Source: a virus (lineage: Duplodnaviria; Caudoviricetes). Taken from it: a DNA stretch of 64,000 nucleotides. Made by a program: the position numbers and the translations under genes. The stretch lies in IMG/VR virus record IMGVR_UViG_3300031992_000039, positions 1 through 64,000 of that record; one strand, 5' to 3'. The notes beneath the pieces were generated by a model. The model saw only the letters and a program-made list of their open reading frames with translations. It was not told where the DNA came from and did not search any database. Positions 40,061 through 48,307 of this stretch are shown one piece after another; positions within the stretch are counted from its first letter, which is position 1; each line of letters begins with the position of its first letter.

Positions 40061-41737
40061 TTAAAATAGGGCGTATTGTTCTAACTCTTTTAATATATTG
40101 AAATGAGTTTTAATTGTAATACGACTTGAAACTAAATCCTTAAACAAACTTTTATTTTTTTGAAAAGGCTCCCATCCATCTTCACTAGTCTTTGATCTAT
40201 ACCAATAATCTGCAAATAATGGAGAATTAGATTCCCGCTTTTTCTTCGTTTTACCTACAGTAAAACTTTTTGTACGCGTAATTTTTTCTAGGTATTCTTC
40301 ATCACTTTTTCCTTCATATTTAGAATATATATCTAAGTTTTCTCTTAGTAGTAATTCTTGTGAGGCTTCTAAAATTTTTGACGCTGGGACTAAATACCTG
40401 CCAGCGATTAAATAAAAGCCAATATTATCTTCTATCCCTATATTAATTGCCATATTCATAATTTCTCCAAGATATCCTTTAAGCACTTCTATTATTTGGT
40501 TAAAAGTACTTTGTGTCTCTTTTTGAAAACTAGTGTTAAAATAATAGTTAGCTATATACTCTAAAAATTGCTGACCTTGAACCATTTGATTTTTTAATTT
40601 ATCTGGGTGAGAACCTGCTTCAATATCTCTTATAAATTTATCTCTTCCCGCTTCATCTTTGATGATACTAATATTTTTTACCTGTAGCCCTATCGCATCC
40701 GCTATCTGAATATCGGTTTTTAATTGTTCTGAAGTGCCTTTTTTATAAATATTACCAATAATATTTGCGTATTTTGAGGAACCGAGTTCCTGATATAAAT
40801 AAGTAAAAATTAGAGCTGCTTGAAATTCTCCCAATGCACCTTGAACACCGCTTATAAAATTACCACTTCCGCCGCCAGAAAAAAATAAGGCTGGGTTATT
40901 TTCTTCCTTAGAGAAATTTTTCTCCCAAGTAGTATTTATAGCTGTTTGTAAGTTGGCAGAAGCCCCTACTGCAAGGGTCTGCGTAATAAATTTTTTTATT
41001 TTTTCTACAGCCCTTTTAACTTCTAATAAAACTTCATTAGTGTTCTCATTTGGGTTAGATGCTTTCGCATCTACATAAGTTTTCTTGCTTAAACCCCAAG
41101 GAAAATTTGGAATTGTACTAAATATAAATTTTTCTCTATAATCAGGGCTTTCTTTTTTTACTATAGTTGCCTCAAAAGCATCAATACCGGGCGCGGCCAA
41201 TCTGTCAATAAGAGCATCTGCATTTCGCATTATTTCTCTTGAAGTTGAAAAGTTGTGTCCTTTAAAAAAGGTATTTAATACTGATTTAATAGTATTGTAA
41301 TTATAAATAAGATTAATTTTAGGCATATTGGTTTCGATGTCTTCTACCTCAAAAAGGTTTCCCTCTTTATTTCGTAGCGCTTCGCGCAAATCAGCCCCTC
41401 TAATACTAAAATCATCAAGTTTATCTAAATGCAATACTATTTCTACTTCTTGGTTATAGAGTTCGGCGCGGCCAGACCTAAATTTTTCCAACTCTGTTTC
41501 AAGGTTTTTGGGCTCGAATCTTGATAGTACCTTTAGGTCATTTTCTGAAAAAAGCGCTCTTAGTTTTTTTATAAACTCATTATAATCATTCGTATTAAAC
41601 TCTTTATAAAGCTTATCTTCTGAGTTTTTTAATCTACGAATAGAATCTTCTATTTCACTATCGTTTCTTTTCTCAAAAGTTAGATTTATTTCTTTTAATG
41701 CCCAAGCCGAACTTGTATGTAAAATATTACCCTTCAT
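40061..41737 (-). CDS. Large hypothetical protein, possible PD-(D/E)xK-like domain
   Basis: 558 aa; GALGEF...KTDI....LQVKN. Confidence 0.5.
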   Translation of the reverse strand: MKGNILHTSSAWALKEINLTFEKRNDSEIEDSIRRLKNSEDKLYKEFNTNDYNEFIKKLRALFSENDLKVLSRFEPKNLETELEKFRSGRAELYNQEVEIVLHLDKLDDFSIRGADLREALRNKEGNLFEVEDIETNMPKINLIYNYNTIKSVLNTFFKGHNFSTSREIMRNADALIDRLAAPGIDAFEATIVKKESPDYREKFIFSTIPNFPWGLSKKTYVDAKASNPNENTNEVLLEVKRAVEKIKKFITQTLAVGASANLQTAINTTWEKNFSKEENNPALFFSGGGSGNFISGVQGALGEFQAALIFTYLYQELGSSKYANIIGNIYKKGTSEQLKTDIQIADAIGLQVKNISIIKDEAGRDKFIRDIEAGSHPDKLKNQMVQGQQFLEYIANYYFNTSFQKETQSTFNQIIEVLKGYLGEIMNMAINIGIEDNIGFYLIAGRYLVPASKILEASQELLLRENLDIYSKYEGKSDEEYLEKITRTKSFTVGKTKKKRESNSPLFADYWYRSKTSEDGWEPFQKNKSLFKDLVSSRITIKTHFNILKELEQYALF

Positions 41738-41816
41738 TTTATTTACTCACTCGTCCAGCTTACGTCGCGCCAGACTTTTAATCTAATTTATCTAAATATC
41801 TCCAAATGTCCGCTCA

Positions 41817-42638
41817 TTAATCTAATAAATTGCTTAAATTAGCAACTTGACTCCTATGAGTGGTTGGTAAATATACGTATCCAAATAAAGGATGCCCTTG
41901 TAATCTATCCACCATTAATTTAAATCCATTATCTTTATCAAAGACTATGCTGTCGGTCTGCTTATGGTCATCGCCATTCAGCCACAGCTCGCTTCCTTCG
42001 CCAATTCGACTTAATAAAACTTTTGCAATAGAACTATCAATATTTTGAGCCTCGGTAACATAAACTATTGAATTTTCAAAAGAGCGTCCTCGTATAAAAA
42101 GCAAAGGCACCATTTCAAATTTATTTTCTTGCATAAGATGCTGGATCCCATCTTCACCGCCAATTTTATCATATAATGGTGCCATTGTCCAACCTAATTT
42201 TTCTTCTATGCCGCTGGGTAAATATCCTATTTGAGGCACATTAGCAAGTGTTACATTAGGGCGAACGAAAACTATTTTTTCAAAAAGTCCTTCTTCAACT
42301 AAAGATAGGGCTTGATTAAACATAATATAGTCTTTTCCGCTGCCATATACCCCTCGAATCACTTTAACAGGTATAGATTGATTTTTTAATAAATCCATTG
42401 CGCAATGCTGCTGAGAATCAAGAGGCTTGATTTTTCCGCTATATTTGCTTTCAATTATAGGGTATCCAACTTTTACTAATTCGCCCATATGGATCCTATA
42501 ATAATCCATTGCGCGACCAACTTCGTTTTCAATTATTATATATTGATTTTCTTTTAAACTCTTTATATCATAATCGCCTTTATATAAATCACTTATATCC
42601 TTTTCATCCCTTAAAACGATATAACCCGTGTAGTCCAT
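41817..42638 (-). CDS. phoH: PhoH-family ATPase
   Basis: GVYGSGK, IGYLP.G.EEK, FIRGRSF, EAQN, SRIGE.S and HRS. Confidence 0.9.
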   Translation of the reverse strand: MDYTGYIVLRDEKDISDLYKGDYDIKSLKENQYIIIENEVGRAMDYYRIHMGELVKVGYPIIESKYSGKIKPLDSQQHCAMDLLKNQSIPVKVIRGVYGSGKDYIMFNQALSLVEEGLFEKIVFVRPNVTLANVPQIGYLPSGIEEKLGWTMAPLYDKIGGEDGIQHLMQENKFEMVPLLFIRGRSFENSIVYVTEAQNIDSSIAKVLLSRIGEGSELWLNGDDHKQTDSIVFDKDNGFKLMVDRLQGHPLFGYVYLPTTHRSQVANLSNLLD

Positions 42639-42648
42639 TTATACCTCC

Positions 42649-43275
42649 TCAAAGAAAAATATTAATGGAATCTACCCATTCATGAACTATACCTTTATTT
42701 ATAAGTTCTTCACCACGAATATACCAATCAGTTATAATATTATTCTTTACTTCTTCTTCTGTATAGTTTGTATTTTCTATATAAAATTTTTCCATCTTCC
42801 CAATCTGCGCCTTGTAATCTTCCATCGCCGCTGCGATTTCGTTATAATTGCCTCCCAAATTTTGACAAGAGCCACGATGAAAGATAAAATAAGCATTGGG
42901 AAGCGCAAATCTTTTATGACAACTTAAATATATAAGACTCGCCGCGGAGGCAACCATACCGAGCGCGATCCCATAGACTGGGGTTTTAGAGAGTCTAATA
43001 ATAGAAACTAAAATTTCTTCAACGTCTAAACTGCCACCGGGGCTATTAAATAAGATTCGAATGGGCTTTCTTTCCTCGATTGAGAGGTTTTTATCATCTT
43101 GGTTCCATCGAATAATCTTTGAAACAACATCAAGAGTCATCCCATCAATCTCTTCATCAATCCAAATAGTTCGATTCTCTACATCATGGTAATACTGAAG
43201 TAAAGAAGGGTCCGGAAGTAAGAGAGAAGGGTTAATATCTTTTCCAACTAATAGGTCTATGAAATCTTTATCCAT
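42649..43275 (-). CDS. clpP: ClpP-like serine protease
   Basis: NSPGG, ASAAS (catalytic Ser), FIFH and TDWY; likely start MDKDF. Confidence 0.85.
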   Translation of the reverse strand: MDKDFIDLLVGKDINPSLLLPDPSLLQYYHDVENRTIWIDEEIDGMTLDVVSKIIRWNQDDKNLSIEERKPIRILFNSPGGSLDVEEILVSIIRLSKTPVYGIALGMVASAASLIYLSCHKRFALPNAYFIFHRGSCQNLGGNYNEIAAAMEDYKAQIGKMEKFYIENTNYTEEEVKNNIITDWYIRGEELINKGIVHEWVDSINIFL

Positions 43276-43378
43276 GAATTCACCTCCTATATTTTCTAAC
43301 ATAAAGTAAAATAATAAATTATAAAATAAATAAAAATGGTGAGTTACGTCATGTAACTCACCACTAGAAAGAGAGGTA

Positions 43379-43684
43379 TTAAAGCTTGAAAAACTCGTCA
43401 AATAAAGTATCGAAGAAGGGCGTATCTATCGAATCTGAAATCGACATATGAAAGGAACCGTAATCTTTTACAAAATCATTAATAAGCTTATGATATGTAT
43501 CCTGTGCTTTTCGCACATTCTTAAAAGCTTCTTCTACCTCTTTAGCACGAGTTTTACGCTCAGTAGCCAACTTATTCTTTCGCTCCTCTTCTTCCTTTTC
43601 GCGCGCGAGACATTTCTCTTCTTCTTCTAAGCATTCCTGCTCAGTAGAGAAAAACTTCCTTAATTTGTCTGAATAATACTTCAT
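43379..43684 (-). CDS. Hypothetical coiled-coil protein
   Basis: 101 aa, AGGAGG RBS. Confidence 0.65.
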   Translation of the reverse strand: MKYYSDKLRKFFSTEQECLEEEEKCLAREKEEEERKNKLATERKTRAKEVEEAFKNVRKAQDTYHKLINDFVKDYGSFHMSISDSIDTPFFDTLFDEFFKL

Positions 43685-43733
43685 TTAAAAGCCTCCTATT
43701 GCTTTTTTAAGAAATATGGCGTCCTATCGCCAT

Positions 43734-43806
43734 TGGAGGCGGGCACCGACTCGAACGGCATCTAAGGATAATGAGTCCTTTGTGTTACCAGTTACACTAA
43801 CCCGCT
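43734..43806 (-). tRNA. tRNA-Met(CAU), slightly atypical
   Basis: Cloverleaf; loop CTCATTA; A1:C72 mismatch; short T/acceptor junction; CCA encoded. Confidence 0.75.
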
Positions 43807-43810
43807 ATAT

Positions 43811-44291
43811 TTAATCTCTACAGGCTTTTAAAATGCGCTCAGCCCAATTGGGCTCTTCAGCTAAAATATAATCCCATTCAATAGGAGCCTCGTCCAAATT
43901 TACTTCTCCAGAATAATCGTAAAATCTTTCACTATCACCCACAATAAAATGCCCATCAATAGGAAGGTAGTATAATTTTAAATATGGGAAACGCATTAAA
44001 AGGATTTGCGCGAACCAATAACAATTTCCAGATGTCCAGCGCGCATTGGTATCTTTAAAGCGCCGATTTATAAATTCAACGACCTTATTCATCATAAAGG
44101 AATCTCTCACGAATATGCTTATACAGCCCAGGCATCGCACCCTCTTCAACCATTATATCATAAGAAGGTTCCTCGTTTTGTTCAAATGTTCCATAGGCAT
44201 CTACAATATAAACATATCCAGTCTCAACTTCATTACCAATCTTAAAGGAAACAACATCATTTTCCTTATATTTAGGCTTTCCAATCATCTT
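43811..44291 (-). CDS. Two small genes (43811-44092; 44085-44291)
   Basis: GNCYWFA..GHF motif in the first; KOW/SH3-like pattern in the second. Confidence 0.55.
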
Positions 44292-44312
44292 AAATCTGCC
44301 CTTTCTTATTGT

Positions 44313-44389
44313 TGGCACTCCGAAAGGGGCTCGAACCCTTAACCCACGACTTAGAAGGTCGTTGCTCTATCCTACTGAGCTATCGGAGC
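44313..44389 (-). tRNA. tRNA-Arg(UCU)
   Basis: Cloverleaf, loop CTTCTAA, GCCA end. Confidence 0.93.
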
Positions 44390-44393
44390 GAAT

Positions 44394-44479
44394 TGGTGCG
44401 GTTGGAGGGATTTGAACCCTCAAGGATTTCTCCCGACGGATTTTAAGTCCGTTGTGTATGCCTGCTCCACCACAACCGC
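44394..44479 (-). tRNA. tRNA-Leu(UAA)
   Basis: Loop CTTAAAA, long variable arm, ACCA end. Confidence 0.93.
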
Positions 44480-44770
44480 ATTTAAAAGTCAGTATCTGCC
44501 TACAAGTTACTCTTCTCTTTTGTCGTTTTAAAAGGTACTCTTCGCTTCAATTCGGCAAATACTGACTTAATTTGGTACCAGTGACGCAACCTTTCCGGAC
44601 TAAGCTATTAACGGACGGTCTGATCCGACATTAATTTTAAGGGATAATGTAAACCTCCAGTAACCATCCACTTACTGGCGTGCCAACATCCCCTATGCTG
44701 GGAGGAGTCGTTTACTTCTTCAAAAGGGTTTCTCTCCTTTTGGATACGGCGCGGGGACTACCGCGCAGTT

Positions 44771-44829
44771 TTACTCCAGCCGGACTCGAACCGACGACCT
44801 CAAGCTCTCGCCATCTGAGCTATGGAGTA
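44771..44829 (-). ncRNA. tRNA-like RNA lacking the anticodon arm
   Basis: TACTCCA/TGGAGTA acceptor, GCTC/GAGC D arm and GTCGG-TTCGAGT-CCGGC T arm, joined by only TTGAGGTC. Confidence 0.7.
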
Positions 44830-44834
44830 ATAAT

Positions 44835-45277
44835 TTTGCCTCGCACTCTTAAATTAATTAGAATTACAGGGAACGTGGCTCTCCTGCGTATTCTTTTTTG
44901 TTGCCCAAGGCGTCCCACTCGCTTACTCTAGTCCTACCTTATCATCAGATTCAAAGCATTTTATTGGCGAAATAAATACTTTTTCCTAGAACCTTGGCAA
45001 TAGCAGCAACCTCACAATAAGCTGAAATCTGCTTGGCCCGAAGAGCGCCACTCTTGAGCGGCCTTTATCTACACATACACGGTAGAAAGGTTTTTGAATC
45101 CTTAAATTCGCTTTAGTCTGTTCCACGGCTTCCTTGCTGCCTCTCGGCGAGCTATAGCCGAAATTTCACGCGTAACAGGTACTGTTGTATTAGAGTTCGC
45201 TTCCCTAACTGGGGGGCATCCAGTAGACCTCTCTTCTACTTCTTCCGCGGTAAGTAGAAGTTGATATTGCGAATTTT
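44835..45277 (-). ncRNA. Large structured ncRNA candidate A (about 440 nt)
   Basis: Own sigma-A promoter at about 45300-45330; no credible ORF; long-range stems and crossing pairings. Confidence 0.6.
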
Positions 45278-45403
45278 CTTTTTCCTTTTCTTATGTATAT
45301 ATTATATAAGAAATTTAAAACTTTTTCAAATTTTTAAATACCTTTCTCATATATCCGCAAATATTGAGCTTTCACCGTCAGTCGCGCGAACTTCGGAGGG
45401 CAT

Positions 45404-45479
45404 TGGAGCCAATGAACGGAATCGAACCGTTGACCTGATACTTACAAGGCAACTGCTCTGCCTGCTGAGCTACATTGGC
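45404..45479 (-). tRNA. tRNA-Thr(UGU)
   Basis: Loop CTTGTAA, TCCA end. Confidence 0.9.
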
Positions 45480-45595
45480 ATTATAGCAGACTTCTCCCAA
45501 CAAGTGTGGATACGGCTTGTACCGCAGAGCCCTGTCGTCTTCTCCGTATCTGCCAGAGGGCTAAACCCAACGGGGTACTCCTAGGATGTACTAAT

Positions 45596-45673
45596 TGGCG
45601 CCTCCACTTGGACTTGAACCAAGGGCCTACGGTTTAACAGACCGTCGCTACCAACCAGCTGAGCTATAGAGGC
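45596..45673 (-). tRNA. tRNA-Asn(GUU)
   Basis: Loop CTGTTAA, GCCA end. Confidence 0.9.
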
Positions 45674-46018
45674 ACGCGCCCTACTTCTTTTTTTAATGAG
45701 GTTGCTTGTAGGATACATTCCTCAGGCAAGGGAAAGGTAATTATCCCTTTGGTAGATAAGCTAATGGTTAACCGGTGGAACCATTATCCCCGCAGGTGGG
45801 TTTTTCTCGAGACCGGAACCCTCTCCATATCAATATACAATTTAAGTAGGAATGAATTGTAGCGAACTACTTAAAAGGAACAGCACTCTTTGAGATTCTC
45901 TGCTGTTTGAACTACGAGATGCTTGCGTTGCCTTACTTATGGCTGGTCGCCTGATTACCCTCCAGCGGTGCTGCTCACTTTCGTGATACTATTGAACTTT
46001 CTCACACTTGGAGCCTTG

Positions 46019-46124
46019 TCGGGCGGGCAGGACTCGAACCTACCACCGCAGCTCATACTTCTCCTCCTATAACTCACTCGCCAAGAGGATTTTCGCAGCC
46101 TCGTTACCGTTACGATACGCCCGA
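46019..46124 (-). ncRNA. tRNA-like RNA with a greatly extended anticodon arm
   Basis: TCGGGCG/CGCCCGA acceptor, TCGT/ACGA D arm, GGTAGG-TTCGAGT-CCTGCC T arm, and an arm of about 55 nt containing TCCTCTT/AGGAGGA. Confidence 0.65.
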
Positions 46125-46129
46125 TAAAA

Positions 46130-46203
46130 TGGAGCAGGAAACGGGACTTGAACCCGCAATGTCGCCTTGGAGGGGCGAAGTGTTACCATTACACTATTCC
46201 TGC
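46130..46203 (-). tRNA. tRNA-Gly(UCC) with C33
   Basis: Loop CCTCCAA, TCCA end. Confidence 0.88.
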
Positions 46204-46325
46204 AATTAAGATGCGGACTGATGAATCTCCTACCACAGCCGCGAGGCCCATATTATATTATACTGCACCTCGTATCTGATAGATGCGACACCGTCGTGTT
46301 GGGAGAATGGCCATCCGTGCAGTTC

Positions 46326-46399
46326 TGGCGGGGGATGGTGGTATCGATCCACCACCGTGACAGTCAAAGTGTCATGTGCTACCACTACACCAATCCCCT
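46326..46399 (-). tRNA. tRNA-Gln(UUG)
   Basis: Loop CTTTGAC; T loop ATCGATA; GCCA end. Confidence 0.88.
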
Positions 46400-46454
46400 A
46401 TATCTTCTATTATTAAGCAGAAAAATAATAATATGATTCTATAAAATTGAACCT

Positions 46455-46510
46455 CAAAATTCGAACCGCGAGTATTTTTAACTGCGCCTTAGGCCTCTTG
46501 GCTACACCGC
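46455..46510 (-). pseudogene. Degenerate tRNA remnant
   Basis: GCGGTG-TAGCCAAGAGGCCTAAGGC D arm and GGTTCGAAT, but no anticodon or acceptor pairing. Confidence 0.5.
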
Positions 46511-46516
46511 AATAAT

Positions 46517-46966
46517 TTATGTTAGACAAGTTATACACTCACCGGGAGATATTTGCATATGCACCCAAGCTTCTAGTTGGTCGTAAATACACTCTTCTGA
46601 ACTATTCCAAAAATTCGTACACCCTCCAAAAGTCATTACTGAGGTAGGCTTATCCGTAACCTGAAACACATAAACAGGTTTCCCAATTCCAAAAGCATAT
46701 CCCTGCTCCCAATTAGTGCCGGCTGTACTCTCTCGTCCAGTTGATATAACTACCATCATATCACAATTTTTTATTTGATCTATATCGGTCTTAAATACTT
46801 TAAGTGCCCATAGTTCTTGGGTCATATCCCAAGCATTAGGGACCTTAAAATCAAAGGGACAATATACTATCAATCCCTTTTTACGAAGAAAGGCCGCGAT
46901 ATTCTTCATTCGTGTCCTATCATTTGAATCACAAGAGCCCGCGAGGTATACCTTACCAGTTCTCAT
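46517..46966 (-). CDS. Nucleoside 2-deoxyribosyltransferase-family protein
   Basis: VYLAG, D...I..CD and GTNWEQGYA..GKPV; likely start MRTGK. Confidence 0.8.
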   Translation of the reverse strand: MRTGKVYLAGSCDSNDRTRMKNIAAFLRKKGLIVYCPFDFKVPNAWDMTQELWALKVFKTDIDQIKNCDMMVVISTGRESTAGTNWEQGYAFGIGKPVYVFQVTDKPTSVMTFGGCTNFWNSSEECIYDQLEAWVHMQISPGECITCLT

Positions 46967-47147
46967 CATCTTCTTCTCCCTCAAAGAAATTAAATCCACA
47001 AATGGGACATTCATTAAGAAGTTCGTGCTTAAAATCGCATTTATATATGGGCTCCCAGCATTCGGGACATTCAAAGAATTCCTCTTCCCAATCAACAAAG
47101 GCGCCGTAGTTTTCCTCTACATACTTTGCAGCTTCTCCCCAATTCAT
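46953..47147 (-). CDS. Small Zn-ribbon protein
   Basis: CPEC...CPIC; own promoter. Confidence 0.7.
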   Translation of the reverse strand: MNWGEAAKYVEENYGAFVDWEEEFFECPECWEPIYKCDFKHELLNECPICGFNFFEGEEDDENW

Positions 47148-47244
47148 TTTTATCCCTCACTTTCTATATAAAGTATACCAAAAATTTTAGGAAAAATCAA
47201 ATTTATAATCATCTTTGTTAAAGTTCTACTATAAAGATTAAATG

Positions 47245-47330
47245 TGTAGACGGTGGGATTTGAATCCACGAATGCTCATCACATCATCTGTTTTCAAGAC
47301 AGACGCCATAGACCTCTCGGACACGTCTCC
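47245..47330 (-). tRNA. tRNA-Ser(UGA), partly degenerate
   Basis: Loop CTTGAAA and long variable arm; mismatches in acceptor and T stems; no CCA. Confidence 0.75.
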
Positions 47331-47334
47331 ATGA

Positions 47335-47846
47335 AAAACAGCGGTAACCGCCAATAAGTGTAACCCGCTGCTGATCCGGTCATCACCCCACACCAGTACA
47401 CTGGGATGCATCTTCTAGATCTTTTCGCTCTTACTCTCGCTCGTCAATTGCGATGCGGGAAGCGACGGTTGTATGCGAATGAAGTTAGTTAATTTCTAGC
47501 GGCCGCTGATATCTTCCTTTCATGCCGCATTTAGACAGCAGCTACCTGTCCCCAGCTAATGGCTCGTTTCGTTACAATGACCAGGCTCCGAGCCATTTCC
47601 CACCTGTAACTTCATTCGCGTGCGGGTCTGGTTTTAGCACCCCGCATGATCGGCCTCAGCAAATTCCTACCGACTTTCCTGCCTAATTAGCAGGTCTAGT
47701 TGCACTTAATAGTCTACCGGAAGTTGATCGAGTTCCCGGAGGTGGCGGACTCACCTTTGCGTGGGAGTTTGTGTCTATATAGGCACTTGGGCGGTTTACT
47801 CGAACACAAGTTACTTGCAAACTGTGTTCTAAGATTGCTCCCACAA
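47335..47846 (-). ncRNA. Large structured ncRNA candidate B (about 510 nt)
   Basis: Fills the gap between two tRNAs; 13-bp and 9-bp perfect stems and many hairpins; GC-rich; no credible ORF. Confidence 0.65.
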
Positions 47847-47847
47847 A

Positions 47848-47941
47848 TGGCGGAAGTGGCAGGGTTCGAACCTGCAAAGTGGTGACGTCAAACCACAGGG
47901 ATTTAGAATCCCCCGCCTTTAACCTATTTGGCTACACTTCC
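47848..47941 (-). tRNA. Amber suppressor tRNA (CUA) with a Ser-like body
   Basis: GGGGA-TTCTAAA-TCCCT anticodon arm, long variable arm, G73, GGAAGTG/CACTTCC acceptor and CCA. Confidence 0.88.
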
Positions 47942-47979
47942 ATAACAGCCTTGGTCTTTGTTGGTCGAGGCGGTAAGAT

Positions 47980-48055
47980 TGGTGCGCCCTCCGGGGCTCG
48001 AACCCGGGGCACGCGGATTAAAAGTCCGCTGCTCTACCACCTGAGCTAAGGGCGC
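47980..48055 (-). tRNA. tRNA-Lys(UUU)
   Basis: Loop CTTTTAA, ACCA end. Confidence 0.93.
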
Positions 48056-48064
48056 ATATAAATC

Positions 48065-48253
48065 TTAATACTTCGCCGTCCTATGAAGCAGCAAAATAAT
48101 AAGAGGAACGAATATAAGTAAGATTTCTCCACCATACAGTGACGGATCAGCCCTGTGCACCATCGCATAGGGTCTCGCGCAGAAAAACAATCCCACACCA
48201 AGTGCTGCAGCAGCAAGGTAACTACTCACCACTTTTAAAAATCTCATATTCAT
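48065..48253 (-). CDS. Small two-TM membrane protein
   Basis: Two hydrophobic stretches; own promoter. Confidence 0.6.
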   Translation of the reverse strand: MNMRFLKVVSSYLAAAALGVGLFFCARPYAMVHRADPSLYGGEILLIFVPLIILLLHRTAKY

Positions 48254-48307
48254 TCCCCTTTCTTTTCAGTATAAATATTATATAAAAAATTTAATGAAAA
48301 TTCAAAT

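Noticed and set aside
46019-46124. Selenocysteine tRNA or intron-containing tRNA
   Set aside because: No UCA loop or Sec-type arm lengths; the insert is too short for a self-splicing intron
47335-47846. RNase P RNA or tmRNA
   Set aside because: GGAAAGUC and AGUGCAAC-like words occur in the wrong order for RNase P; there is no Ala-type acceptor with G3.U70 and no T arm at the ends
44680-47885. ORF-track entries 44680..44931, 45261..45584, 46167..46436, 47683..47877 and 47700..47885
   Set aside because: They overlap tRNAs or structured RNA and have no RBS
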